Below, piece by piece: positions 1-14,727 of a DNA stretch of 64,000 bases. The position numbers and the translations under genes were made by a program. The stretch covers positions 31,558,001-31,622,000 of the forward strand of contig OZ024749.1 of the NCBI GenBank assembly GCA_964016885.1, read 5' to 3'. This DNA comes from Eledone cirrhosa. Lineage: Eukaryota. The notes beneath the pieces are model-generated. The model saw nothing but the letters and a program-made list of their open reading frames with translations. It was not told the DNA's origin and ran no database searches. The first letter of the stretch is position 1. Each line of letters starts with the position of its first letter.

Positions 1-1220
1 TATTAGCCAATGAAATAATAAAGTATGGACGCCATCTTGGATAAATAAACATAGCTTTTTTTTTATTACAAAAACATCATGGCGTTTGACTGATCATGGT
101 AACTCAAAACTTACAGTAACACCAAAGTGCATCAACTCTCTGATTTTATTTCACTATAATTATGTGTGTGTATATATATATATTTATATATGTGTGTGTT
201 TGTGTGTGTATATATACATCTCACTCTTCCCATTACCCATCGACATTTCTGTCCATCTAATCTAAAAAGACAACTATTGATTTAACTCATATGTGTGTGT
301 GTGTGTGTGTACGAGCGTGTGTGTGTGTTTGAGTATATGTGTATGAACGTGTTTGTATATTTGTATATATATATAAATATATATATATGTACATTTACAC
401 AGACAAAAATATTCACACCAATAGACAAATTTATCCGTGTTTTATTGGAATTGGACGATGCACACACACACACACACATATATACACATACACACACAAA
501 CACACAGATACTCATACATACATACATACACACACACTCAAACACTTTATTATTCATGACAATTTGTTTTGTTTTGTTTGCTTTTTGTTATATTTTTTCA
601 CCGAAGAATTCACAGTTGATATCGCAACAGGCACCACTTGATTTGCTCAAAGACTAATAGAGAAAATGTTCAGTTTTTGTGGCAGCAGAGGTTATATAGC
701 ACGGTTCTAGAGGCGATTAAGCGTGAAACTGGACATAAGCATTTCTGTTATAAACTTTATACTCTTTGCGCCCCTCTTATTCTTTTACGATTTATTTATG
801 TATTATGTACATAATATTTCTCTATTAATTTCTTCTTGTATTTGCTGCCATTTTTATTTTTATTTACGTTCTCTTTTGTTTCGTTTTCTTCTTCCACGTT
901 CCAGATTTTTTTTATTCACTTTTCACGGTTGCAAGGAAAAGGAAAATTGAAGGAGGGAACGAAACGTATTGACAAAATAGATGCTAAAAGGAGGTGAACA
1001 TTTTGACATTGTGAAGACATGGGGAAAATTAAGAAGAAGAATCTTTGTGTGGTGTATTTTTGTGTGTGTATGTTTTTTACACACACATACACAAACGCAC
1101 AGGTATATACATATAACGTATGTGTAGTGTTTTTGTGTTATAATGTACTCACACACATGCACACAAACAGACATACACATACTATAGATATAGATATGAC
1201 TCACGTGCACATATGTACAT

Positions 1221-1379
<159 letters not shown>

Positions 1380-1420
1380 CCAAACATAAGTCAATTGCAT
1401 GAACTCATAATCCTTTATTT

Positions 1421-1476
1421 ACTGCTATATATATTTCGATGATAGCCATTGAATGGCTATGACCTCATCAGGCAGT
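1421..1476 (-). ncRNA. Type I hammerhead ribozyme, intact core
   Basis: actgc-CTGATGA-ggtcatagccattcaatggctatcatc-GAAA-tatata-TA-gcagt. Perfect 5-bp stem I, long stem II, palindromic minimal stem III. Confidence 0.85.
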
Positions 1477-1556
1477 TAGTCAGTTCTTAGATATGGCAGC
1501 TCTGTGTTTATAGTGTTGATGGTATCAGAGCCTTGGGACATATATATATATATATG

Positions 1557-1697
<141 letters not shown>

Positions 1698-1702
1698 CCA
1701 CG

Positions 1703-1823
<121 letters not shown>

Positions 1824-2328
1824 ATTTATATATATATATACATACACATATATGTATACATGTATATATATATTTGTGCTTGGTTGTATGTAGAGGAGTT
1901 TTAGTCAACAGAAATACATTTATTTAGACCAGAAATACGAATAACCAATATTCGCAATCATGTATGCATATATGTGTGTGTTTAAATGGCTGAGGTATGT
2001 CGTTTCTTTGCTCTTTACTTATGCTTTTGGTATACATACTTACACTTGCTTTATACGCACACTACACCACTACACCTGCATATATATACACCTGCATGTA
2101 TATTCACGCATACACGCTTTCATATTTACCCTCATATATATATATATATATATATTGTAGTAATTGTAATAAAAGTTTTTTAGAAATATCCAAGGGTAAT
2201 AACATTTAGTCCATAGGACGAGTGAAATATAATTAGTTACACCTGTAATAAACACATACAGGTATTTAAGGTTAGTTGGATTACGCACCCCAACTCATTC
2301 AGTTTTTTTTATAAAAACAGGTTTTATA

Positions 2329-2377
2329 ACAGGCTGAAGAGATGGAGTGCATAACCCAACAAAACGTAAGTACTTGT
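2329..2377 (+). ncRNA. Type I hammerhead fold, G12 mutated; degenerate inverted copy at about 2255-2302
   Basis: acagg-CTGAAGA-gatgg...ccaac-AAAA-cgtaag-TA-cttgt. The inverted copy shows gttgg/ccaac stem II. Confidence 0.55.
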
Positions 2378-2392
2378 GTATGTCACTGTAAC

Positions 2393-2454
<62 letters not shown>

Positions 2455-2628
2455 TAAACGGAAAAGAAAATGCTGACAAATTGTTCACAGTGAAAAATAG
2501 TTTAATTAGGAATAAGTGAGAATTAGTAATAGTATTGGTTAGTATTCAGTTTTGGTTTTAAGTTTTACCGGTTGCGCATTTTTAATGCTTTTCAAAAATA
2601 ATTTTGAGATAGAGCGTCCGTGATGTTT

Positions 2629-2727
<99 letters not shown>

Positions 2728-3472
2728 TCGTTGTTGTATTCGTTGTTGTATTCGTTGTTGTATTCTCTAACATTTAAGTTATATATATATATCAGGAAAA
2801 TTATTTTTGAAAAGGGGTTTGATAAGCACACATATTACATATATATATAAAGGCTCCTTATAACATGTACAAAATTTTGATGGAGAATCGGCGCCCAGGA
2901 GTTTTAACGAACAAATAATTTGACTTGTTAACAAATGTTTTGATGATCAAATACGGAGAAAGCATGCTTTTCTAACATCAATTTTTGTACATGTTTTAAA
3001 GATCTATTATATATATATATACCAGGTACGCTTTATAAATTTTTTTACATAACGTGATCTGTATAGTGTGTTTTGTAACTTCCACATATTTCTTTCCGTA
3101 TATCTAGATATTGAAACGGCAGGAGCTCAGCCGTCGGGGTCCAGAATCCTTCATATATAGATATTATTTAACTGTTCTATTTTTATTGAACTTGAAAGAA
3201 TGCATAGAAAAATGTGACTTCATTAAGATTAGAACTCAAATTTCAAACCGTCCAGATAAATATGGCACAACATTCTATCGACAGTTTTAACAATTCTAGC
3301 AATTCGTCGCCATGATAATGTAAAAAATGTCAATAAAATTGCCATAATGTGTTTTATAATAATACAATTGTAAGCCAACCAACCACATAGAATTCCCATT
3401 ATTTACATATACAAAAAGAATTTATTTGGTGATTGAATGCATATATAGATGCATATATATATACATGTATGC

Positions 3473-3579
<107 letters not shown>

Positions 3580-3648
3580 TAAGTATATAATAATATATAT
3601 ATATATATGTATACATATACTTACATATGCACATATACTTACATACAA

Positions 3649-3684
<36 letters not shown>

Positions 3685-3779
3685 GTATGTGTATAAAGAG
3701 AGATATCGATAGATAGATAGAGGGAAAGAGAGAAGTGTGTATATATATATATGTAAGCATATATGCATATGTGTACGTA

Positions 3780-3854
<75 letters not shown>

Positions 3855-3984
3855 GTGTGTGTATAAATCTGTAACCACACATGAACTTACATAAGCTCTC
3901 AAATATATGGTTTGTATTTATTCATTTATATAAAAAAACAAACAAACAATAAATATATTCAAATAATGATATGTGTGTGTGTCT

Positions 3985-4043
<59 letters not shown>

Positions 4044-4121
4044 GTGCGAGCCTGTGTCTTTGTGCTAGTAAATATGAAAACACAGTTCTAAATTTCCATA
4101 CTTCTATTCATTAAGTAACAG

Positions 4122-4186
4122 CCGTTATACACATTTCAGAGGCACTATACAGAGTTATCTAAGTCAAATACGCCATCATCAGACGA
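4122..4186 (-). ncRNA. Type I hammerhead fold
   Basis: tcgt-CTGATGA-tggcgtat...atagtgcctct-GAAA-tgtgta-TA-acgg. Stem I is short and stem II imperfect. Confidence 0.55.
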
Positions 4187-4370
4187 GAATTGATGAGGTA
4201 TGGGATACGTAGACTAAAGTATATGAGGTGTTGATTATCCAACATCCAATATATATATATATATATAACGAAGGAAGTGTGGTAAGGAACCAGGTGGACC
4301 ATAATGCACCAGAGTACTTTGGGTAGTAGAGGGGTAATAGGAAAAGTTCAAGACCCCGACGGCAATTCCT

Positions 4371-4416
<46 letters not shown>

Positions 4417-4590
4417 CGACTGTGTGTATGAAACGAAAATATATATATGTACTACAACCCTTACTGTTGTATAATCAGGTGATCCATTTTACGTTATATA
4501 TATATATATATAAATATAAGTATGTATACGTATATATATATATAAATATAAGTATCAGCCGTACTAAGAGTGAGAAATGAAATTTCATTT

Positions 4591-4659
<69 letters not shown>

Positions 4660-4662
<3 letters not shown>

Positions 4663-4856
4663 AACCAGTAAGACCTCGACAGCTGAGCTCAAGCCGTTTC
4701 GACGGCTAATTCTGGACAGTCCAGAATTAGCCGTCGAAACGGCTTGAGCTCAGCTGTCGGGGTCTTACTGTTTCCTATTACCCACTCTACTACCTCAAGT
4801 ATTGAGTACTTTGGTGCGTTATGGTCCACCTGGTTCCTTACCACATTTCCTTCGTT
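4660..4856 (+). mobile_element. Family B palindromic element in (TA)n (representative copy)
   Basis: About 115-bp palindrome centred on ctggacagtccag, plus about 80-nt one-sided tail ending ccttcgtta(ta)n. Further copies or fragments at 3112-3150, 4267-4372, 11422-11612, 16260-16452, 23078-23179, 30691-30831, 37209-37308, 51720-51816, 52213-52369, 53862-53997, 55804-55980, 56031-56223. Confidence 0.8.
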
Positions 4857-4880
4857 ATATATATATATATATATATATTT

Positions 4881-5436
4881 AAAAGAATAGAGGTGTAACA
4901 CACAACTTATGATATATTGGTAAACGGAAAAGAAAATGCTGCCAAATTGTTCACAGTGAAAAATAGTTTAATTGGGAATAACTGAGAATTAGTAATAGTA
5001 TTGGTTAGTATTAAGTTTTGGTTTTAAGTTTTACCGGTTGCGCATTTCTAATGCTTTTCAAAAATAATTTTGAGATAGAGCGTCCGTGATGTTTGCTCTA
5101 ATATGATTAGTTTTGGAAATTCTACCTGTTTTTATGTGAAAAAAAGGGCTCCAGAGGTATTAAAATAAGTTTCGCGCCAATTCGTGTTGCAAAAATTCTT
5201 GTGGTCAAAACAATTTTGATTGGTCGGTAGAGGTCATGTGAATGTTAAAAATTGATTTTGCGCCAAATATAGGATTGTGTCGGCTGATTGAGGAGTCATG
5301 GAAAATAAGTCTTTCAAAACAAATATGTGTGTGTGTGTGTAGTAGTAGTAAAGAGGTTCGTTGTTGTGATAATGGTCAGCAGGGATGTGTGTGCGAACGA
5401 ACCGCAGCCTGTTGACAGTTCAAATGCCTATTAAGA

Positions 5437-5477
<41 letters not shown>

Positions 5478-6505
5478 CAGAGTAATTCGTGGTAGAGGGA
5501 TGGTCAGTAGGAATGTGTCTGTAAGTGTGTGGGGGATATTTTAACATGTTAAAAGATATTTTTCAGCTCTTGTCTTATACGGAGAAGTATGTGTGTTTGT
5601 GTGTGTGTATATGTCTCTTTGTATGTTAATGTACGCGTGTGTATGTGTGTGTGTATATATGTGTATGTGTGTGTGTATATGTGTGTGTGTGAGAGAATGT
5701 GTGTGTGTGTGTGGGTGGACCAGTATTTATTTTTGTGATACTGGTAAGATGGTGTACATTATTCGATATTTTCAGTAAAAATGATTCTCTCAATAGAACA
5801 TCAAAAACCATAATAATAAAAGGTGTGAAATGATATATAGTATTGGCATAATACCAAGGTGTGTGTGAGTTTCCAGATTGTACGTACTGCAATATCTTTT
5901 AACATGTTAAAATATCCCCCACACACTTACAGACACATTCCTACTGACCATCCCTCTACCACGAATTACTCTGCTACACACACACACACACTTGTCTTAA
6001 TAGGTATTTGAACTGTCAACAGGCTGCGGTTCGCACACACATCCCTGCTGACCATTATCACAACAACGAACCTCTTTACTACTACTACACACTCACACAT
6101 ATTTGTTTTGAAAGACTTATTTTTCAGTGACTTCTCAATCAGCCGACACAAACCTACATTTGGCGCAAAATCAATTTTTAACATTCACATGACCTCTACC
6201 GACCAATCAAAATTGTTTTGACCACAAGAATTTTTGCAACACGAATTGGCGCGAAACTTATTTTAATACCTCTGGAGCCACTTTTTTCACATAAAAACAG
6301 GTAGAATTTCCAAAACTAATCATATTAGAGCAAACATCACGGACGCTCTATCTCAAAATTATTTTTGAAAAGCATTAGAAATGCGCAACCAGTAAAACTT
6401 AAAACCAAAACTTAATACTAACCAATACTATTACTAATTCTCACTTATTCCCAATTAAACTATTTTTCACTGTGAACAATTTGTCAGCATTTTCTTTTCC
6501 GTTTA

Positions 6506-6513
<8 letters not shown>
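4881..6513. mobile_element. Family A large fold-back element: about 630-bp inverted arms (4913-5560 / 5891-6513), 330-bp spacer, about 32-nt one-sided tail
   Basis: Arms are near-exact reverse complements, flanked by (TA)n. Other copies at 2449-2632 (truncated) and 19332-19677 (fold-back with the same tail). Confidence 0.8.
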
Positions 6514-6581
<68 letters not shown>

Positions 6582-6889
6582 CTCTCATTTTCTCATATAT
6601 ATGTATGTGTATGATTATACAGAGATACAGAGTGAAAGAGAGAGAGTGAGAGAGAGAGATTGAGAGAGATTGGGAGAGAAAGAGTTGCAGAGATTGCTGT
6701 TGGATGCGTAAGAAAATGGAGTTTTAGCGCAGCTTACCTGGGTTTGTGAACTGAAGCAAAGTTGCTCGTAAAAGGTTTTTCAGTATAGAAGATCATCTTG
6801 TGAGTTATGTTTCATCTTCCATACGATTGTATCGTTTATACTTACGCAGATTTAATAGTAATCAAATTTTCAGGGAATTATTACAAAAG

Positions 6890-7250
6890 GGCGGTGGATT
6901 GACAGTATCGGTAGAGGGTCGGACGCCATGCTTTCCAGCATAGTTACGTCCCTTTACGATCTGAGTTCAAATCCCGCCGAGGTTGACTTTGCCTTTCATC
7001 CTTACGGGGTCGATAAAACAAAGTACCAGTAATGCACTGGGTATTTGCTGGCCTTGTGCCTAAAGTAGAAACAATTATTACAAAAACAGTAGTATTATTG
7101 ACGCCATGCTTTGCAGCATAGAATTACCTCCCTTTACGGTCTGAGTTCAAATCCTGCCGAGGTTAACTTTGCCTTTTATCCTTACAGGGTCGATAAAATA
7201 AAGTACCAGTAACGCACTGGGATAATTGCCAAAAATAGAAACAATTATTT
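6890..7250 (+). mobile_element. tRNA-derived SINE, full copy (6890-7080) plus tandem 5'-truncated copy
   Basis: A-box-like tggattgacagtatcggtag, B-box gagttcaaatcc, core gactttgcctttcatccttacggggtcgataaa (resembles the MetaSINE-type domain, from memory), tail agtagaaacaattatt. Confidence 0.85.
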
Positions 7251-7844
7251 TCAAAACTGCATTTATTCAGCTCTTCTTACGGATATCATGGTTTACCTGT
7301 TCTTACAGATATCATGGTTTACCTGTATAGAGCTAGACTCTCTAAATAAAATTCCACTCATTATTCATCTCCTTGAAACAATATGAACAGTGAATTATTT
7401 ACAATTATTAGACACCTTGAATAGTTCTACCTTCTTACTGTTCACAGGTTCAGAGTCCGTAAATTCCATATCAACAAGAGATATGTTTTTGTATGGTACT
7501 TACTATGTTCGGACCTTCCAAAAACGTTTGTATTTGATATCAGTAAAACAGTAGACCGTGACTAGTATACCAATCTCCCAGCCCAGCTATCTGCCCATTG
7601 AACCAACTTGGCTCTCATGTAATGTTGTATATTTGAGATTTAACTGATATTTTTAGTAATTTGGTTAGACGAATGCTTTGACTTTATATATATTTCTAAC
7701 AGTGCAAGGGAGGCAACCTATCTTTATTCAGCATAGCTAAAGTTTACTGTTCTGTTCCATAGAATTTGTTCCTCATAACTTTCTTAATATTTTATATATG
7801 AAATGTTTGTGTGTGTGTTTAATAAATGTTTATTCTCAATACAT

Positions 7845-8525
7845 GTGGTGTGGTGGTGATGGTGGTTGTGGTGGTGGTGGTTATGGTGATGGTGGTGGTT
7901 GTGGTTGGGGTTGTGGTGGTGGTGGTTGTGGTGGTGGTGGTGGTGGTTGTGGTGGTGGTAGTGGTGGATGTGATGGTGGTGGTTATGGTGATGGTGGTGG
8001 TTGTGGTTGGGGTTGTGGTGGTGGTGGTGGTGGTGGTGGTGTTGGATGTGGTGGTGGTGGTGGTTGTGGTGGTGGTGGATGTGATGGTGGTGGTTGTGGT
8101 TGTGGTTGTGGTGGTGGTGGTGGTGGTGGTGGCGGTGTTGAATGTGATGGTGGTGGTTGTGGTTGTGGTTGTGGTGGTGGTGGTGGTGGATGTGATGGTG
8201 GTGGTGGTGGTGGATGTGATGGTGGTGGTTATGGTGGTGGTGGTGGTTCAGGGGGTGGTTGTGATGGTTTGATGCGGTGATGGTGGTGGTTGTGTTGGTG
8301 GTGGTGGCTGTGGCTGTGGAGGTGGTGGTTGTGGTGATGGTGGTTGTGGTGATGGCTGTGGTTGTGGAGGTGGTTGTTGTTAATGGTGGTGGTGGTGGTT
8401 GTGGTGGTGGTGGTGGTGGTGGTGATGGTGGATGTGTGGTGGTGGTGGTGGTGGATGTGTGTTGGTGGTGGTGGTGGTGGTGGTTGTGGTTGTGGTGGCG
8501 GTGGTGGCGGTAGTGCTGGAGGTGG
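7845..8525. repeat. Degenerate (GGT)n low-complexity tract
   Basis: GGT/TGT/GAT trinucleotide mixture. Confidence 0.95.
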
Positions 8526-8626
8526 TTAACTAAACTATAGTCATTTCCTTTGTTAAAACAGAAAGTGAAGAAATCATCCATATTACTGGTGACTAATGAT
8601 GCTACAAAATAACTATTCCAGGCAAA

Positions 8627-10467
8627 TATTTAGTTTATTATAGTTATTGATAGGTGTAATATAGTTTATTATAGTTATTGATAGGTGTAATATAGTTTAT
8701 TATAGTTATTGATAGGTGTAATATAGTTTATTATAGTTATTGATAGGTGTAATATAGTTTATTATAGTTATTGATAGGTGTAATATAGTTTATTATAGTT
8801 ATTGATAGGTGTAATTTAGTTTATTATAGTTATTGATAGGTGTAATATAGTTTATTATAGTTATTGATAGGTGTAATATAGTTTATTATAGTTATTGATT
8901 GGTGTAATATAGTTTATTATAGTTATTGATTGGTGTAATATAGTTTATTATAGTTATGGATAGGTGTAATATAGTTTATTATAGTTATTGATAGGTGTAA
9001 TATAGTTTATTATAGTTATTGATAGGTGTAATTTTGTTTATTATAGTTATTGATAGGTGTAATATAGTTTGTTATAGTTATTGATAGGTGTAATATAGTT
9101 TATTATAGTTATTGATTGGTGTAATATAGTTTATTATAGTTATTGATTGGTGTAATATAGTTTATTATAGTTATTGATTGGTGTAATATAGTTTATTATA
9201 GTTATTGATTGGTGTAATATAGTTTATTATAGTTATTGATTGGTGTAATATAGTTTATTATAGTTATTGATTGGTGTAATATAGTTTATTATAGTTATGG
9301 ATAGGTGTAATATAGTTTATTATAGTTATTGATTGGTGTAATATAGTTTATTATAGTTATTGATTGGTGTAATATAGTTTATTATAGTTATGGATAGGTG
9401 TAATATAGTTTATTATAGTTATTGATAGGTGTAATATAGTTTATTATAGTTATTGATTGGTGTAATATAGTTTATTATAGTTATTGATTGGTGTAATATA
9501 GTTTATTATAGTTATTGATTGGTGTAATATAGTTTATTATAGTTATTGATTGGTGTAATATAGTTTATTATAGTTATTGATTGGTGTAATATAGTTTATT
9601 ATAGTTATTGATTGGTGTAATATAGTTTATTATAGTTATTGATAGGTGTAATATAGTTTATTATAGTTATTGATAGGTGTAATATAGTTTATTATAGTTA
9701 TGGATAGGTGTAATATAGTTTATTATAGTTATTGATAGGTGTAATATAGTTTGTTATAGTTATTGATAGGTGTAATATAGTTTATTATAGTTATGGATAG
9801 GTGTAATATAGTTTGTTATATTTATTGATAGGTGTAATATAGTTTATTATATTATGGATAGGTGTAATACAGTTTGTTATAGTTATTGATAGGTGTAATA
9901 TAGTTTATTATAGTTATTGATTGGTGTAATATAGTTTATTATAGTTATTGATAGGTGTAATATAGTTTATTATAGTTATTGATTGGTGTAATATAGTTTA
10001 TTATAGTTATTGATAGGTGTAATATAGTTTATTATAGTTATTGATTGGTGTAATATAGTTTATTATAGTTATTGATAGGTGTAATATAGTTTATTATAGT
10101 TATGGATAGGTGTAATATAGTTTATTATAGTTATTGATTGGTGTAATATAGTTTATTATAGTTATTGATAGGTGTAATATAGTTTATTATAGTTATATGA
10201 TAGGTGTAATATAGTTTATTATAGTTATTGATAGGTGTAATATAGTTTATTATAGTTATTGATAGGTGTAATATAGTTTATTATAGTTATTGATAGGTGT
10301 AATATAGTTTATTATAGTTATTGATAGGTGTAATATAGTTTATTATAGTTATTGATAGGTGTAATATAGTTTATTATAGTTATTGATAGGTGTAATATAG
10401 TTTATTATAGTTATTGATAGATGTAATATAGTTTATTATAGTTATTGATAGGTGTAATATAGTTATT
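8627..10467. repeat. 31-bp minisatellite, about 59 copies
   Basis: Unit aatatagtttattatagttattgataggtgt, with variants gatt/gata and tatg/tatt. Confidence 0.97.
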
Positions 10468-10476
10468 AATAGAAGA

Positions 10477-10665
10477 GCGGTGGATTGACAGTATCGGTAG
10501 AGCGTCAGACAAAATTATTTGCAGCATAGAGTTATAGCCCTTTACTTTCTGAATTCAAATCCCGCCGAGGTTAACTTTGCCTTTCATCCTTACGGGGTCG
10601 ATAGAATAAAGTACCAGTAATGCACTGGGATAATTGCTGGCCTGTGCCGATAGTAGAAACAATTA
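10477..10665 (+). mobile_element. tRNA-SINE copy
   Basis: Same consensus as 6890-7080. Other + copies at 14727-14845 (3' half), 26947-27133, 54146-54300, 57386-57600. Confidence 0.85.
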
Positions 10666-11069
10666 TAGTTATTAATAGGGTTGTTGTTGTTGTTGTTGTT
10701 GTTAATGAGGTGTGACTGTGTTTGAAAGCACCAGTTTTGTCAAACACTGTATCACTCTGAATCTCCCTGAGGACTACACTAAATAATGTACACGCGCCTG
10801 TGGAAGGCTGAACCACATGCATGTTAATTCAGCGAACCATTGCTCTCATCAAATAACCCGAACACTCACCATTATAGTCCATGGAGTGCCAACACTCTTT
10901 ACTTTATATCTATCTTCTATTTCTAACTCTATCTTATGATGAAGTACTGCTATCCGAATCGTTAAGACTGTCTTCCTGCAATTTCAAGCGTTAAACTAGT
11001 AGTGTGCCGTATGATTTGTTATTTCTGTTATTTCTGTTTACCTTTTACACATACACACACACATATATA

Positions 11070-11343
11070 TGATGATGTCGCAGATGTGTGACGAAAGAAC
11101 TTTGATAGACTATATATATATATATTTATATCTGTATTTTTAACCGTTGGTCAATCAATAATAAACATTGATTGCCAGATAAACTAACTATGGGGATATA
11201 AAAGATACAGAAGCGAAAATCAACCCAAACCAAACAGTGAGTGTGTTCTGTCATTATTTCTGGCAATATTATAACAATATGACCCTCCCCAAGTATAACA
11301 ATATTTGTTTCGACTCATGATTTCACATCAAAAACCTTGCAAA
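11070..11343 (+). mobile_element. Family D element in (TA)n with partial hammerhead core
   Basis: TGATGA-t-gtcgca-gatg-tgtgac-GAAA at the 5' end. Related, partly inverted copies at 20461-20833, 33553-33832 and a 23-nt remnant at 17918-17941. Confidence 0.65.
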
Positions 11344-11344
11344 T

Positions 11345-11416
<72 letters not shown>

Positions 11417-11610
11417 TATATAGGAACGAGTAGGACCCCGACGGCTGGGCTCAAGCCGTTTCGACGACTAATTCTGTCCATAATTAGCCGTCAAAACGGC
11501 TTGAGCTCAGCCGTCGGGGTCCTACTCGTTCCTATTACACACTCTACTACCCTAAGTATTGAGTACTTTGGTGCGTTATGGTCCACCTGGTTCCTTACCA
11601 CATTTCTTCG

Positions 11611-11684
<74 letters not shown>

Positions 11685-11755
11685 GTGTGTGTGCATGACT
11701 TCATACAGATGAAACAGCTCTAGTCCTATAGAAGCCATTTCTATATTAAATTTAG

Positions 11756-11806
<51 letters not shown>

Positions 11807-13460
11807 TTTTTTTTGTATTTTCGTTGTTGTAGTGGCTGATGTTACAATTTTCAATTTAGTGTTGAAACAATCTAAACTATAACAAATGGAGGAGTGCGGA
11901 ACAGCGTCCAGAATATTTTTTTTTTATCCCGTTTGTAAAATGAGTTGGATTACTTTGAATAAATAATGAATGAATATTACATAATTTATCTACTAAATTT
12001 CGTTATTCTTGATTAAATATAAATAATTTTGTCGCTTATTTTAAGATTTACTTCTTTAAAATTTTCAAATGTCAACACTTCCGGTTAGCGATCGCTTAAA
12101 TAAACAGTGATATATTTCAGTCAGTGGATTACGTTACTGATTACATAAGACAGTGTAACGCAGTCTTCGTTCAATTTCTGTGTATATTGTCTAGTACGAT
12201 TTTATTTGATGTATCATATCTACATGCATATATACTTGCGTATAATATCAATATACATAAATCACATACTAGCAGAAAAACTAACCAAAGGGTCGTTTTT
12301 CTGCTAGTATAATGTAATAAAATTCAGAAAACTTGTTCACAACCAAATTCATTCAACAATGTTGAGAATCTTTCATATAAGGCACTGATGTCTAAAATAT
12401 CATTAAGTTAGATTGGGATATGAACTAAGAACTCGAGTGTCTGTAACAGGAATAAATTCATGTCAACTTGACTCAATCTTGACGTTAATTGTTGACATAG
12501 AAAAAAAACAAAAAACAACAGCAACACAAGTTTTAATACATTATTATAATTCTCATTTTTGTTTATTTTGACTTTGAATTTTTTCTAGAATATCATACAT
12601 TATTTTTTTTTTTTTTTCTAATTTAGAATATTTATTTTATTTTAATTATTTTTTGCTTGCTTTAATTTCACAAATGAATGAAAAATAAAAACACTTTCAC
12701 AAATAAATATACAAATAAGTATGGAAATATATTGATAGATATATTGATAGATAGTTAGAGAGATTGATTGGTAAACGAACAAATAATTTAAGAAATACGT
12801 ACGAAAATGCATATACACAGAAATAAATTAATAAATAGTTTGTTTTTTTGTTTCTTAAAACAACTCAATATTCCGAAGCAGCGGATGGTCAGATGAATGG
12901 GTGAGAGTTTAGGCGGGTGTGGGGGGTGTTTAATTGGGGAAGGAATTAGAGTTTAATTGTTTAAATAATCCGGAATTGTGTAAAAAGCTGCGCGTGTTCA
13001 AAATCAATGAGAAACGACCGATTAAAACGCAAAAATATTTTTTTGCTTTCAATCGTCGAAAGTAAAATTCGAAATGACTGACATCAAAATGATCTTTTGG
13101 TGTGTTTTGTTGGTTTTTTTTTTTTTTTGTTTGTTGATTTGTTGGTTTGTTGATTTGATTGTCATTTTTTGTATTATTTTCTTTTTCGTATTTTCAACCT
13201 AAACCGATAATAACGACAGACACGGTAACAATGAATGAAAATAAATAAAAGAAAAATATTACATAACAAAAAAAGAAAAAAAAGACAGAGTTAAATAAAT
13301 TCATAAATAAAACAAAAGAAAAATGTTTTTGAATTGAAAACAAATAAACACTCACACATACATACACACACACATACATACATACATACATACATACATA
13401 CATACATACATACATACATACACACATACATATACACATACATACATATACTCATACGTA

Positions 13461-13807
13461 CAATGTGCGTTCGTTTGGGTTGTTCCATAATATATACATA
13501 CATTTAAGTACATGCATATGCATACATATACACATACATATATACATATATACATATATATATATCAAATTAAAGAACGGAGTTATGTATATATATATGT
13601 ATATATACATGGATATATATATATATATATATAAATATATATATATGCATATATATACGTATGTATATATATATCAATATATATATATATGTATATATAT
13701 CAATATATATACATGTATTTAAAAACATATTTACATACATACATACGCATATATATATATATATATACGTATGTATGTATATATATATCAATATATATAT
13801 ACATACA

Positions 13808-13872
<65 letters not shown>

Positions 13873-13999
13873 ATGTGTGTGTGTGTGTTTGTGTACATAC
13901 ATATGTATATGTATATATATATATATGCGCATGTATGTATGTAAATATGTTTTTAAATACATGTATATATTATAGAACAACCAAAACGAACGCACATTG
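13461..13999. repeat. Inverted repeat (about 70 bp arms) enclosing TA/CA microsatellite
   Basis: caatgtgcgttcgtttgggttgttccataatatatacat... versus ...atgtatatattatagaacaaccaaaacgaacgcacattg. Confidence 0.7.
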
Positions 14000-14329
14000 A
14001 GATTAAACAGAACAATACACCTTTATTCCTCTCAACAAAATATTTTGACAAAGCCACAGCATGTTTTTCGCCATACTTTTTTTGATGTTTTACTTGTTTT
14101 TGCCAAATGGTTTTTCATCATTGCATAACGGCATAAAAATTGGAAAACAAAAACGAAAAATGTGATAGATTTTCACCATTTTTCGTTTAATCTATAATCC
14201 TTCAATGGTAGGGTGTTATGTGTTAAAAATGAGGGGGAGGGTGGCGGAGGTGCCGAGTATTTTGTACGTTTGTCTTTATAATTCATTTATTTCTTCTGAT
14301 TTAGATACTACTTTTCCAATTGCTGTGAA

Positions 14330-14385
<56 letters not shown>

Positions 14386-14417
14386 TTATTATTATTGTAA
14401 TTATTATTATTACCATC

Positions 14418-14464
<47 letters not shown>

Positions 14465-14662
14465 CATTATTATTATTTTTTTTTTATTTTACACGCAGAA
14501 ATGCCCATTTGTATTGTCCTGTACTGTCCTTAATGTCTACTTTGTGTCAACCCTTGTGGTTAATAAAGAAAGCATTATTATTATCATTATTATCATTGTT
14601 ATTATTATTTGTTCCCTACATGTAGGCCCTTGTGGCCAATAAATGAAACCATTATTATTATC

Positions 14663-14727
<65 letters not shown>

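Noticed and set aside
6890-6980. tRNA gene
   Set aside because: A/B boxes belong to the SINE head; no cloverleaf, and the SINE body follows.
7784-8581. His-rich and Gly/Cys-rich ORFs resembling structural proteins
   Set aside because: Degenerate (GGT)n tract open in several frames; no signal peptide or exon evidence.
8627-10467. Possible CRISPR-like array
   Set aside because: Head-to-tail units with no unique spacers; eukaryotic context.
10700-10900. Possible old SINE body, and a possible RTE 3' end at 26533-26850
   Set aside because: Resemblance from memory only, single copy in the window, and too degraded to support.
12870-13100. Cluster of TAAT/ATTA sites as a possible enhancer
   Set aside because: Expected by chance in AT-rich DNA; needs conservation or chromatin data.
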